Of a stretch of 64,000 bases of DNA, positions 1 through 9,166 are shown piece after piece. This DNA is from Vulcanimicrobiota bacterium (GTDB lineage: Bacteria > Vulcanimicrobiota > Vulcanimicrobiia > Vulcanimicrobiales > Vulcanimicrobiaceae). Under the pieces are notes generated by a model, which was not told the origin of the DNA, did no database searches, and worked only from the letters and a program-made list of their open reading frames with translations. The stretch is from contig CAWHWQ010000005.1 in NCBI GenBank assembly GCA_963833095.1, positions 448,001 to 512,000 on the forward strand, given 5' to 3'. A program made the position numbers and the translations under genes. Position 1 is the stretch's first letter, and the number at the start of each line of letters is the position of its first letter.

Positions 1-353
1 CCCCCGCCCAAGCCGCCTACACCGGCATCGAGCCCATCCGCGTGGCGTCGTGCTCACTTGAGCCCGCCGCAGCGAGTCTCACCCTGCCCTACGGGCTGTT
101 TAACACGCCCAGCGGGTCGTCGACGGTGATTTCGTTCGTAAACGAGGCTCCGGCCACTGTCGCTTCGGTGACATTCAACGTGACCGACGGCCGCACGAGC
201 AGCCAGATCGTCGATCAAGGCACCTTCTCGAACGGCGTCCCGATCGAAAATCACCGCTTCACCACGCCGGAATTCCAAAACGACGTCAACGACGTGACCT
301 GCACGGTCAAGTCGGTTGCCTTCGCGGACGGTAGCATCTGGCAAGCCCAATAG
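1..353 (+). CDS. Hypothetical, probably exported protein, 5'-truncated by the window
   Basis: Frame is open from the window start (PAQAAYTGIEPIRVASC...) and ends CTVKSVAFADGSIWQAQ*; beta-rich, two Cys. Confidence 0.65.
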   Translation, partial: PAQAAYTGIEPIRVASCSLEPAAASLTLPYGLFNTPSGSSTVISFVNEAPATVASVTFNVTDGRTSSQIVDQGTFSNGVPIENHRFTTPEFQNDVNDVTCTVKSVAFADGSIWQAQ

Positions 354-376
354 TGGTCCTTCCCGAAGAGTCGCCC

Positions 377-856
377 ATGGCATCACCTCCGGACGAGGGT
401 ACTGGGCGACTCTTCCTACATCTCAAAGCGGCTCAGGGAGCGGCGCGGAACGCGCTCGACGACGCCCTCCGGGATCTCGGTCTCACCTCGATGCAGCTTA
501 TCATCCTGCGCACAATCGAATATAATCCGGCGATTTCGGGCGCGCAACTTGCGCGGGATTGCTTTGTCACGCCGCAAGCTATGGCTGCAAACATCGCCAA
601 GCTCGAATCCGCCGGGCTGCTTGCGCGCAGCAAAGGCGAGGGCCGCGCGCTCGAGACGCACCTCACCGACAAGGGGCGCGCGATCTTCGATCGTGCCGGC
701 TCGCGCGTGCAATCCGCCGAGCGCTACATCGCCGAGGTTATCGGCGCCGGGACGGTGGCCGAGCTCGATCGTATCCTACGCGATCTCACCGACTGCTTGC
801 AAAAGAGCGTCGTCGTCACGACGTCGCGGACTTGGGATACTGATAACGAGGCTTAG
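377..856 (+). CDS. MarR-family transcriptional regulator
   Basis: LGLTSMQLIILRTI...ISGAQLARDCFVTPQAM...LESAGLL...LTDKGR winged-helix pattern. Confidence 0.85.
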   Translation: MASPPDEGTGRLFLHLKAAQGAARNALDDALRDLGLTSMQLIILRTIEYNPAISGAQLARDCFVTPQAMAANIAKLESAGLLARSKGEGRALETHLTDKGRAIFDRAGSRVQSAERYIAEVIGAGTVAELDRILRDLTDCLQKSVVVTTSRTWDTDNEA

Positions 857-1981
857 CTCGATCAGGTCCGCATCGCCGACACTCGGTTGTTGCGCGGCGA
901 GCCGGTCGAACGCGCGAGCGAACCGGCGGCGACCCTCGTCATCGAAGTGCAAGCCCAGCTCGCCGGCGCGCGCGAAGAGCGCATGGCGCCCTGAGTTTCG
1001 GCCTAGCGTGAGCGTCGTTGCGCGCCCTACCGAGCGGGGATCTACGATCTCGTAGGTCGAGCGCTCCTTGAGGACTCCGTCCTGATGAATGCCGGACTCG
1101 TGCGCGAACGCGTTCGCGCCGACGACGGCTTTGTTCTTTTGCACCGGCATCCGCGTACCGCGCGCGACGGTCTTTGAAATATGCTGCAAGTTCGCGGTGT
1201 TGAAGGCAGCGGTGGCACCGAAGAGATCGGCGCGCGTTTGAAGCGCCACCACAATCTCTTCGAGCGCGCAATTTCCCGCGCGTTCGCCGATCCCGTTGAT
1301 CGTACACTCTACCTGACGAGCTCCCGCGCGTACTGCAGCAAGCGCGTTGGCCGTCGCCATGCCTAGGTCATCGTGGGTATGCACGCTGATCCGCACCCGC
1401 TCGACGCCCGCGATATGCGCGCGCAGATATCCGATCAGCGCCTCCATCTCGGCCGGCGTGATGTAACCGACGGTATCCGGGACGTTGAGCGTCGTTGCGC
1501 CCGCGGCTGCAGCGGCCGAGAATATCTGCGCCAAGAACGCCGGGTCGGAGCGCGTCGCGTCTTCGGCTGAAAATTCGACGTCGTCGCAGTAGGCACGTGC
1601 CCGCCGCACTGCATCGCTCGCCATCTCAACGGCGCGCTCGGCACTAATTCCAAGCTTGTGGCGCAGATGCACCGGCGAGGTCGCGATAAAGACGTGAATC
1701 CGCGGGCGGCGCGCGCCTGCCACTGCCTTGGCCGCGGCCTCGATGTCCTCTTGCGTGCAGCGCGCGAGCGCTGCTACGCGCGCGTTGCGCGTTCGTTTCG
1801 CGATAGTTTTGACGCTTTCGAACGAGACCTCGTTCGAGATAGGAAAGCCGGCTTCGATCGTATCGACTCCCGCTTCGTCGAGCATTCGCGCAATCTTAAG
1901 TCGAGTGGAGGCCGTCATTGCCGCTCCCGGCGATTGCTCGCCGTCGCGTAGCGTGGTATCGAAAATCTCGACGGTCTCCAT
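776..1981 (-). CDS. leuA: 2-isopropylmalate synthase, short form lacking the C-terminal regulatory domain
   Basis: IFDTTLRDGEQSPG, EFSAEDATRS, HTHDDLGMATAN, GIGERAGN, AHESGIHQDG motifs; 401 aa; last gene of the ilv operon. Confidence 0.85.
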   Translation of the reverse strand: METVEIFDTTLRDGEQSPGAAMTASTRLKIARMLDEAGVDTIEAGFPISNEVSFESVKTIAKRTRNARVAALARCTQEDIEAAAKAVAGARRPRIHVFIATSPVHLRHKLGISAERAVEMASDAVRRARAYCDDVEFSAEDATRSDPAFLAQIFSAAAAAGATTLNVPDTVGYITPAEMEALIGYLRAHIAGVERVRISVHTHDDLGMATANALAAVRAGARQVECTINGIGERAGNCALEEIVVALQTRADLFGATAAFNTANLQHISKTVARGTRMPVQKNKAVVGANAFAHESGIHQDGVLKERSTYEIVDPRSVGRATTLTLGRNSGRHALFARAGELGLHFDDEGRRRFARAFDRLAAQQPSVGDADLIELSLVISIPSPRRRDDDALLQAVGEIA

Positions 1982-2005
1982 GGCGGCCTCCCTTAGCTTT
2001 ACGTG

Positions 2006-2926
2006 TTAGCGCGCGTACTCTACCCAGTCGGCGTGGCGCGGCTCGTCACCGCGTACCGCCCGCTGGTAGGCACGTTGCAGTTCTGTGGTTACCGGTCGTT
2101 GCGCCGGCAAGACGTGATCGTCGATCTGGAGGATCGGCATCACTTCGGCAGCCGTGCCGGTAAAAAAGACTTCGTCGGCGACGAACAATTCAGCCGGCGC
2201 GATTCGCCCGATCTCGACGTCGATGCCACGATCGCGAGCAAGCTGGACCACCGAGTCCTGCGTGATCCCTTCGAGCACGTCGGCCTTGGCATCGTTGGTG
2301 CGCATGCGGCCGCCCTTGACGATGAAGATGTTCTCGCCGGTGCCCTCCGCGACGTCACCACGATCGTTGAGCAAGATCGCCTCGTCGAAACCGCGCCGCT
2401 GCGCATCTTGCAGAGCAAGAATCGAGTTGGTGTAGTGACCGCAGGCCTTGACCGTCGACGGCATAGAGCGCGACGGCGTTTTTTGCCATGGCGACATCGT
2501 CACGCGCACGCCTTCAGCTTCGCCAAGGAGCGAACCGGAGAGCGGCTTGAGCGCGATCAGCATGTGCGTCGGACAGTGAAACGCGGGCGCGAGCGAGATG
2601 CCCTTTTCACCAAAGTACGCAAGCGGCCGGATGTAGCCCGAGGTGAACGCGTTGGCGCGGAGCGTTTCGAACACCGCTCGCGAGAGCGTTTCGAGGTCGT
2701 AGGGAATGGTGAGTCCGTAGACGCTCGCCGACACGAACAACCGCTTGAGGTGATCGTGTAGCCGGAAGACGCCGGTACCCCGCCGGGTTTCGTAGGCGCG
2801 GATGCCCTCGAAGACACCGGAGCCGTAGTGCAACGCATGCGTGAACGGCCGCACCACAATATCGTCGGCATCGACCAGTTCACCGTCGAACCACATGCGC
2901 TCGCGCACGGCAGCTCTAGCAATCAC
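2006..2926 (-). CDS. ilvE: Branched-chain amino acid aminotransferase
   Basis: HALHYGSGVFEGIRAY, YIRPL, KACGHY, EGTGENIF, LEGIT, FFTGTAAE; GTG start after GGAGG overlaps the ilvD stop. Confidence 0.93.
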   Translation of the reverse strand: MIARAAVRERMWFDGELVDADDIVVRPFTHALHYGSGVFEGIRAYETRRGTGVFRLHDHLKRLFVSASVYGLTIPYDLETLSRAVFETLRANAFTSGYIRPLAYFGEKGISLAPAFHCPTHMLIALKPLSGSLLGEAEGVRVTMSPWQKTPSRSMPSTVKACGHYTNSILALQDAQRRGFDEAILLNDRGDVAEGTGENIFIVKGGRMRTNDAKADVLEGITQDSVVQLARDRGIDVEIGRIAPAELFVADEVFFTGTAAEVMPILQIDDHVLPAQRPVTTELQRAYQRAVRGDEPRHADWVEYAR

Positions 2927-4593
2927 GAGCAAACCTCCGTAGTGGTAACCGCGCCATGCGCGGCCGAGCCGACCGTCGCGGCATATTTGGCAAAAACACC
3001 GCCCCGGTAAAGCGGCTCGGGTGCGCGCCAAGCGCGCAAACGCTCAGCGATCACCGATGTTGCAACAGCGAGATCGAGCGTACGTGCCTCGACGTCGATC
3101 ACGATCTCATCGCCGTCGCGTATCGCGGCGATTGGGCCGCCCACCGCGGCTTCGGGCGCGACGTGACCGATCATAAGCCCGCGCGTGCCGCCGCTAAAAC
3201 GGCCGTCGGTTACCATGGCTACGGTCTCGCCGAGGCCCGCGCCCACGATTGCGCTTGTGACGCTGAGCATCTCGCGCATGCCCGGGCCGCCTTTGGGCCC
3301 CTCGTACGCGATAACGACAACGTCACCGGGTGAAATGGTGTCGTCGAGAATCGCTTGCATCGCGGCTTCCTCTGAGTTGAACACGCGCGCGGGACCACGG
3401 TGATAGGGCCGCTCCGACCCCGCGATCTTGACGACTGCCCCCGACGGCGCGAGATTGCCTTTGAGAATGACGAGGCCTCCGTGCGGTTTGAACGGATGCT
3501 CCGCGGTTGCGATCACGACTTGGCCCGGCGTCTCCACCGCGCTCTCGACCTCAACTGCAAAGCTGCGTCCGGTTGCGGTCATAACGGTCGTGTCGACCAG
3601 ATGTCCCTCGGCGAGACGTTTGCCGATGAGCTGTGTTCCGCCGGCGGCATCAACATCGAGCGCGACGTATTTGCCGCCCGGGCGCAGGTCCGCAATGATC
3701 GGCGTCCGCCGGCTCACCGTATCAAAGTCCTCGATCGCTAGCGGCGTGCCGGCTTCGTGCGCGATCCCGAGCAGATGCAGCACACTATTGGTCGAGCCGC
3801 CGGTCGCCGCCGCGGCCGCGATCGCATTCAAAAACGAGGCCCGCGTGAGAAGGTCGCGCGGGCGGACGTTTTTCGCAAGCAATTCCATGACGATGACCCC
3901 CGCGTCGTGGGCCCATTGCTCGCGTCGCTTCGACGTTGCTCCCGGACTCGCGCTGCCGATTGGGGAGAGCCCGAGATACTCCATGACCATTGCCATCGTG
4001 TTCGCGGTATACTGCCCACCGCAGGCGCCCGGCCCGGGACAAGCATTATCCTCGATCGCCTTGAGTTGCCCGTCGTCGATCGTGCCACGCGCGTGCGCGC
4101 CGATCGCTTCGAAGACGTCGATGATCGTGAGGTCCTTGCCGTCGAGTTTTCCCGGTGCGATCGACCCGCCGTAGATGATGACCGAAGGCAGATTCAAACG
4201 CGCAAAAGCCATTGCGGTCCCGGGAATGGTCTTGTCGCAGCCGACCAGGCCGACCATCGCATCGAAGTAATGCGAACGCCCGATCAGTTCGATCGAATCG
4301 GCGATCACCTCGCGGCTGATGAGCGAGCCTTTCATGCCCTGCGTACCCATCGTGATGCCGTCGCTGATTGCGATCGTGTTGAACTCCATCGGCGTGCCGC
4401 CCGCGGCGCGCACGCCCTCCTTGACACGTTCGGCTAATTCGCGCAGGTGATAGCCGCACGGCATAGTCTCGACCCACGTGTTGGCGATACCAACAAGCGG
4501 TTTACGCAGGTCGTCGTCGGTAAACCCATTGGCTTTGAACATCGCGCGCGCCGCCGCGCGAGTGGCGCCCTGCGTGAGCGTGTGACTCAACAT
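2923..4593 (-). CDS. ilvD: Dihydroxy-acid dehydratase
   Basis: [58 protein letters not shown]. Confidence 0.95.
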   Translation of the reverse strand: MLSHTLTQGATRAAARAMFKANGFTDDDLRKPLVGIANTWVETMPCGYHLRELAERVKEGVRAAGGTPMEFNTIAISDGITMGTQGMKGSLISREVIADSIELIGRSHYFDAMVGLVGCDKTIPGTAMAFARLNLPSVIIYGGSIAPGKLDGKDLTIIDVFEAIGAHARGTIDDGQLKAIEDNACPGPGACGGQYTANTMAMVMEYLGLSPIGSASPGATSKRREQWAHDAGVIVMELLAKNVRPRDLLTRASFLNAIAAAAATGGSTNSVLHLLGIAHEAGTPLAIEDFDTVSRRTPIIADLRPGGKYVALDVDAAGGTQLIGKRLAEGHLVDTTVMTATGRSFAVEVESAVETPGQVVIATAEHPFKPHGGLVILKGNLAPSGAVVKIAGSERPYHRGPARVFNSEEAAMQAILDDTISPGDVVVIAYEGPKGGPGMREMLSVTSAIVGAGLGETVAMVTDGRFSGGTRGLMIGHVAPEAAVGGPIAAIRDGDEIVIDVEARTLDLAVATSVIAERLRAWRAPEPLYRGGVFAKYAATVGSAAHGAVTTTEVCS

Positions 4594-5636
4594 ACGCGGA
4601 ATTTCATATCCTCATCTTTGGCCGCAGGGGCCGACGCCACGGTTTGCTTCTCGCGCATCCACGGCATGAGTGAGCGCAACGTCGCACCAATACGCTCGAT
4701 CGGGTGCGCGTCGGATTTGCGCTTGTAATCGTTGAAGCGCGGTTTGCCTGCGGCGTGTTCAGCAACCCATTCCTGTGCGAACGCCCCGCTTTGGATCTCT
4801 TTGAGAATCGCGCGCATCGCCGCCTTGGACTCCTCGCCGATGACACGCGGCCCACGCGTGTAGTCGCCGAATTGCGCGGTATTGCTGATACCGTCGCGCA
4901 TGCCCTCGATACCGCGCGCGTAGAGCAAGTCCACGATCAGTTTCATCTCGTGCATGCACTCGAAGTACGCCATCTCCGGCGCGTAGCCGGCTTCGGTAAG
5001 CGTTTCGAAGCCTGCGGTAATGAGCGAGGTAAGGCCACCGCACAGCACCGCCTGCTCGCCGAAGAGATCGGTCTCGGTCTCCTCGCGGAACGTGGTCTCG
5101 AGAATGCCGGCACGGCCCGCGCCAATGCCTGCCGCATACGCGAGGGCAACGGCCCGCGTGTCCTTGCTCGGATCTTGGTGCACCGCAATGAGTGCGGGCA
5201 CACCGCGTCCGCCTTCGTATTCAGTGCGCACCAGAGAGCCCGGGCCCTTGGGTGCGACCATAAAAACGTTGACGGTCTTTGGCGGAACGACGGTGCCGAA
5301 GTGAATCGAGAATCCGTGCGCAAACGCAAGGTAGGCGCCCGGAGTGAGATGCTCGTGAATCGCACGCATATAGAGCGCACCATGCTCTTCGTCGGGAGCA
5401 AGCACCATCACCACGTCGGCGATCGATACCGCGTGCTCGACAGTTTGCGCATCGAGCCGGTCGCGCCGCGCCTGCTCGAACGATTCCGAGCCCTCGCGCA
5501 ATCCTACGACGACTCGGTGTCCCGATTCGTGCAGATTGAGCGCGTGGGCGCGGCCTTGGCTTCCGTAACCGATGACCGCGATCGTCTTGCCGTGCAGTGC
5601 GCTCGCATCGGTATCCTGGTCGTAGAGGGCTTTCAT
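4587..5636 (-). CDS. ilvC: Ketol-acid reductoisomerase
   Basis: [45 protein letters not shown]. Confidence 0.96.
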   Translation of the reverse strand: MKALYDQDTDASALHGKTIAVIGYGSQGRAHALNLHESGHRVVVGLREGSESFEQARRDRLDAQTVEHAVSIADVVMVLAPDEEHGALYMRAIHEHLTPGAYLAFAHGFSIHFGTVVPPKTVNVFMVAPKGPGSLVRTEYEGGRGVPALIAVHQDPSKDTRAVALAYAAGIGAGRAGILETTFREETETDLFGEQAVLCGGLTSLITAGFETLTEAGYAPEMAYFECMHEMKLIVDLLYARGIEGMRDGISNTAQFGDYTRGPRVIGEESKAAMRAILKEIQSGAFAQEWVAEHAAGKPRFNDYKRKSDAHPIERIGATLRSLMPWMREKQTVASAPAAKDEDMKFRVC

Positions 5637-5845
5637 TCCATGGTCTCCCTGTCATCATCGAGGAGTTTGGTGATTTGGGCGTCGAGGCGGCGCAACGCAT
5701 CGCCGGGACCAGCGAAGGCGAATTCCATGCGATACTGAGCGCCGGTGTGTTCGGAGGCTACGCTTGTATACGAGCAGCCGAACCGGTGAGCGAGGTGTAT
5801 TATGCGGGCGAGGATGCGCCCATCGTTAGCGGTGACGGTTCTCAC
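5633..5845 (-). CDS. ilvN: Acetolactate synthase small (ACT) subunit, minimal 70-aa form
   Basis: Translationally coupled between ilvB and ilvC; ACT-like [15 protein letters not shown]...[11 protein letters not shown]. Confidence 0.7.
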   Translation of the reverse strand: MRTVTANDGRILARIIHLAHRFGCSYTSVASEHTGAQYRMEFAFAGPGDALRRLDAQITKLLDDDRETME

Positions 5846-7530
5846 GCCGGAAGCGCTTCCATCAAATCGTCGACGCCTTTACCGGACGGGATGATCGGCC
5901 AGACGTTCTCGTGCGGGAAACACGCACAGTGCAGCAGCATCGGTCCAGGTGACTCGAGCATCCGCGCGATTGCAGCGCCGATCGCATTGACGTTATCGAC
6001 CAAACGCGATTCGATGCCGTAGGCACGCGCGATCGTCGTGAATTCCGGATTATCGGGCAGCGCGGTCGCCGAGTAGCGTCCGCTGTAGAAGAGTTCTTGC
6101 CACTGCCGCACCATGCCGAGGTTGCGGTTATCGAGCAGAATGATCTTCACCGGAAGTTCGTGGCGGCGTAGGGTCGCAAGCTCGGCCATCGACATCTGGA
6201 ATCCGCCGTCGCCCACGATCGCGACCACCATGCGACCCGGGTGCGCCATCTGGGCGCCGATCGCCGCCGGTAGACCGAAGCCCATCGAACCGAGGCCGCC
6301 GGAGGTGAGGAAATGTTGCGGATGGCTGGCGCGCACGCGCTGCGCTGCCCACATTTGATGTTGACCGACGTCCGTTGCCACGATCGCATCCTCGGGCAGC
6401 GCGGCAAACAGCGCATCGAGGAAATCGGTCGCGGAGAGATGGTCGTGGCGCGCGTCGTCGCGCGGCAGCTGTTCTTGCGGTGCGCACGCGGCGCTACGCC
6501 ACTCTTCAAAAGAGGGCAAGGTCACACGCGCAAGGCGATGATCGAGCGCAGCCAGGGTTTCACGCAGGTCGCCATGCAGCGTGATCTGCGCGCGCACGAC
6601 CTTATTGAACTCGGCTTTGTCGATATCGGCGTGAACGATCGTGTGCGCGTTCGGTGCGAACTTGGCGGGATCGCCGGTCACCCGGTCGTCAAAACGCATG
6701 CCTAGCGCGAAGATCACATCGGCCTTGGACACCGCAAGGTTCGCGCGCTTCCATCCGTGCATTCCAAGCATGCCGACAAATGCCGGGTCGCCTGGGTCAG
6801 CGCATCCAAGGCCGTGCAGGGTCGACGCGATCGGCGCGCCGATGTGCGCCGCAAGGGCGCGAAAGATCTCCGTCGCGCCGGACCAGCGCGCGCCGCCACC
6901 CACAATGAGCACCGGCCGCTTCGCGCCCTCGAGCGCGGCAACCGCGGCATCGAGCGACCGGGCATCGGCGCGCGGCCGTTCGCGCACGGGCGTTTGCGGG
7001 ACTGCGGGTTTGCGCTGCTCTTCTTCGAACGCGCGCAACACGTCGGTCGGAAGATCGACGAGGACCGGCCCCGGGCGATCGCTCGTGGCCAGACGAAAGG
7101 CCGCGCGCAGCGCCGGCTCGATCTGCTCGATCGAGCGCACTACGATGTTGCGTTTGGTCACCTGGTGGGTGATAGCCGCTACGTCGACTTCCTGGAACGC
7201 GTCGGTTCCCATCACCGTGCTGCGCACCTGGCCGGTAAGGGCCACGAGCGGCACGTTATCCATCATTGCATCCACGATGCCGGTGATCAGATTCGTCGCG
7301 CCCGGACCGGAGGTCGCGATGCACACACCCGGACGGCCGGTCGAGCGCGCGAACCCGCTGGCAGCAAAAACAGCCGCGGCTTCGTGACGTACGAGCACGT
7401 GCGCAATACGATGATCGTAGAGTGCATCGTAGAGGGGCATGATCGCGCCGCCCGGATAGCCGAACACTGTTTCGACTCCCAAGCTCTCGAGTGTATCGAG
7501 AACGATCGCTGCGCCCGTGCGCGTGTGCAC
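5842..7530 (-). CDS. ilvB: Acetolactate synthase large subunit
   Basis: FGYPGGAIMP, RHE, TSGPGATN, GMLGMHG, DVGQHQMW, GDGGFQM (TPP motif), LGMVRQWQ. Confidence 0.95.
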   Translation of the reverse strand: MHTRTGAAIVLDTLESLGVETVFGYPGGAIMPLYDALYDHRIAHVLVRHEAAAVFAASGFARSTGRPGVCIATSGPGATNLITGIVDAMMDNVPLVALTGQVRSTVMGTDAFQEVDVAAITHQVTKRNIVVRSIEQIEPALRAAFRLATSDRPGPVLVDLPTDVLRAFEEEQRKPAVPQTPVRERPRADARSLDAAVAALEGAKRPVLIVGGGARWSGATEIFRALAAHIGAPIASTLHGLGCADPGDPAFVGMLGMHGWKRANLAVSKADVIFALGMRFDDRVTGDPAKFAPNAHTIVHADIDKAEFNKVVRAQITLHGDLRETLAALDHRLARVTLPSFEEWRSAACAPQEQLPRDDARHDHLSATDFLDALFAALPEDAIVATDVGQHQMWAAQRVRASHPQHFLTSGGLGSMGFGLPAAIGAQMAHPGRMVVAIVGDGGFQMSMAELATLRRHELPVKIILLDNRNLGMVRQWQELFYSGRYSATALPDNPEFTTIARAYGIESRLVDNVNAIGAAIARMLESPGPMLLHCACFPHENVWPIIPSGKGVDDLMEALPA

Positions 7531-7547
7531 GATGAACCTCCGGTTCT

Positions 7548-7587
7548 AAAAAAACAAGAGGCCCCGCCGAACCGGCGGGGCCTCTTG
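7548..7587 (-). terminator. Intrinsic terminator of the ilv attenuator
   Basis: Minus strand: CAAGAGGCCCCGCCG-GTT-CGGCGGGGCCTCTTG (15-bp perfect stem) followed by T7, 17 nt upstream of the ilvB start. Confidence 0.9.
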
Positions 7588-7609
7588 CTAGTGCGTTTCT
7601 CGCTAACCT

Positions 7610-7693
7610 CTACGCAGTAGTCAATCCCAACCGGTTCGGCGACGAACGGCTAATAAGGGCGAGGACTACGAGGAGGAGCGAGGCCAAAATCAT
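7610..7693 (-). CDS. ilv operon leader peptide MILASLLLVVLALISRSSPNRLGLTTA (27 aa)
   Basis: ATG to TAG read by hand; 10 of the first 14 codons are Leu/Val/Ile; contains an 11-nt segment complementary to the terminator. Confidence 0.85.
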   Translation of the reverse strand: MILASLLLVVLALISRSSPNRLGLTTA

Positions 7694-7701
7694 GTTGTTG
7701 C

Positions 7702-7731
7702 ACCCTACCATGGGCCAACTCCGACTGTCAA
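7702..7731 (-). promoter_or_regulatory. Sigma70-type promoter of the ilv leader
   Basis: TTGACA-18 nt-TAGGGT with extended TGn, 8 nt before the leader ATG. Confidence 0.65.
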
Positions 7732-8861
7732 GCGGCATAGCGCCGTCCCCGCCAGATAACCCCGCCGCGCGCATGCGCAACAACCGAAGTCACGAAAATC
7801 GCCACAACCAGCGTAATACCGATCGGTAGGTACCACGACGACCAGCGCCCCAAGCCGAGGCGTCGCATGCCCGACGATGCACCCACGATTGCGCAGAGCA
7901 TGGCAAGCGCGAGCGCTGCAGCCGCGGCTTCGGCCTTCACCACGAGCGCCACAACGACCGCGATCGGTGTAACCGGCGCCACGCACGCCAGCAAAATGAT
8001 CCCAAGCGCGGCAAAGGTCCCCTGATCGCGCGCGGCGACCCAGAAATTCTTTACGAAGCCCTGCCAGAGTTCGCCGAATGAGCGATACATGCGCACCCGG
8101 ATGAGCCCGTCGCCGTTGACGAGCGCGGTACGAAAGCGCCCGTCGCTCTTGAAGCGGCGCGCAAGCTCGAGATCCTCGGCGATCTCGCTGCGAACCGCCT
8201 CGTGACCGCCGATCGCCTCATATGCGCGGCGGACCGCGAGTATATATTGGCCGTTGAAGAGCGCGTTCTCACGAGCCGGGTCGTTGATCGCGCGCAGCGA
8301 CCCGATCGCAAACGCGATCGTCCAGAGAATGCTGGGAAGAAAGATCCGTTCGGCCGGCGTTATCATGATCTGCTCGGTCAACACACTAAGCACGTCGAGA
8401 TTGTGCGCTCGCGCATAAGTGAGGGAAGCGCTGGTGGCGCCGGGTTCGTGTTGCGTGTCGGCATCGGTGAAGAGCAGCCAATCCCCGCGCGCGTGCTGTG
8501 CGCCTTGGTGCAGAGCCCAAGGCTTTCCCACCCAACCGCTCGGTAGGATCTCTCCGGCAATCAATCGCACGCGCGGATCCTCGCCTGCAATGCGCGCGAC
8601 GATGGCGGCAGTGTCGTCCTCCGATCGATCGTCCACGACGATGATTTCGACATGCGGATAGTTTTGCGCGAGGAGTGACCGCACGCATTGCTCGATTTGC
8701 CGCGCCTCGTTGCGCGCCGGGACGATGATGCTGATCTCAGGCGCAACCTTTGGCGGAGGCACCGATTCGAGCGCAAAGCGCGAACGAAACGCGATGTGCT
8801 GACTGCGAAATGCGAACGCCAGATTGATGAGGACCAGCAGCGCAACGATCGTCACAAGCAT
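7728..8861 (-). CDS. Family 2 glycosyltransferase (CrtQ/HpnB-like, membrane-anchored)
   Basis: IIVPARNE, VDDRSEDDT, GWVGKPWAL, FTDAD, NGQY, AEDLELA, VRMY; N- and C-terminal TM segments; start taken at MLVTIV. Confidence 0.88.
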   Translation of the reverse strand: MLVTIVALLVLINLAFAFRSQHIAFRSRFALESVPPPKVAPEISIIVPARNEARQIEQCVRSLLAQNYPHVEIIVVDDRSEDDTAAIVARIAGEDPRVRLIAGEILPSGWVGKPWALHQGAQHARGDWLLFTDADTQHEPGATSASLTYARAHNLDVLSVLTEQIMITPAERIFLPSILWTIAFAIGSLRAINDPARENALFNGQYILAVRRAYEAIGGHEAVRSEIAEDLELARRFKSDGRFRTALVNGDGLIRVRMYRSFGELWQGFVKNFWVAARDQGTFAALGIILLACVAPVTPIAVVVALVVKAEAAAAALALAMLCAIVGASSGMRRLGLGRWSSWYLPIGITLVVAIFVTSVVAHARGGVIWRGRRYAA

Positions 8862-8921
8862 TGAGGCACGAGTTCCGTCAGCACTTGTCGTCAACCCGCC
8901 AAAGCGGGATAGAGAGGGGCT

Positions 8922-9079
8922 GGGGCGCTTCGATGGTGTCGACCGCCGATCTGATACACCGCGCGGCTCCGGGTTCGATTCCCGGGCGCTCCAGCCGCGA
9001 TGTCCCACCCGGCGTTGCGAAGTCGTCCGACGTGTGGTATCGTCGGCCATGTATCAGGTCGGCGGACACATCGAAGCGC
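8922..9079 (+). ncRNA. Structured ncRNA candidate (6S-like rod or Y-RNA-like tRNA mimic)
   Basis: 8925-8958 pairs with 9050-9079; interior holds a perfect T-arm CCGGG-TTCGATT-CCCGG and a hairpin CCGACG-TGTGGTAT-CGTCGG; followed by a terminator-like hairpin. Confidence 0.62.
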
Positions 9080-9115
9080 ACGAGGCGCCGCAGCAATGCG
9101 GCGCTTCGTCTTTCT
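9080..9115 (+). terminator. Terminator-like hairpin after the ncRNA
   Basis: ACGAGGCGCCGCA-GCAA-TGCGGCGCTTCGT followed by CTTTCT. Confidence 0.6.
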
Positions 9116-9166
9116 ATTGGTCATACCAATGACGACCGTTGCGGCAAGGCTCTGTTTGCCCGGCCA

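Noticed and set aside
2003..7620. Long plus-strand ORFs opposite the ilv genes (e.g. 4704..5738, 6757..7620)
   Set aside because: Antisense shadows expected from high-GC codon bias; no motifs
8922..8993. Canonical tRNA-Ala or full tmRNA gene
   Set aside because: Acceptor stem and T-arm are present, but there is no anticodon stem-loop, no tag reading frame and no encoded CCA; kept only as a tRNA-like fold
8861..9166. N-terminal extensions of track ORFs 7728..9050 (-) and 8861..9865 (+)
   Set aside because: Arg/Ser/Pro-rich non-protein-like sequence that overlaps the structured RNA and its terminator
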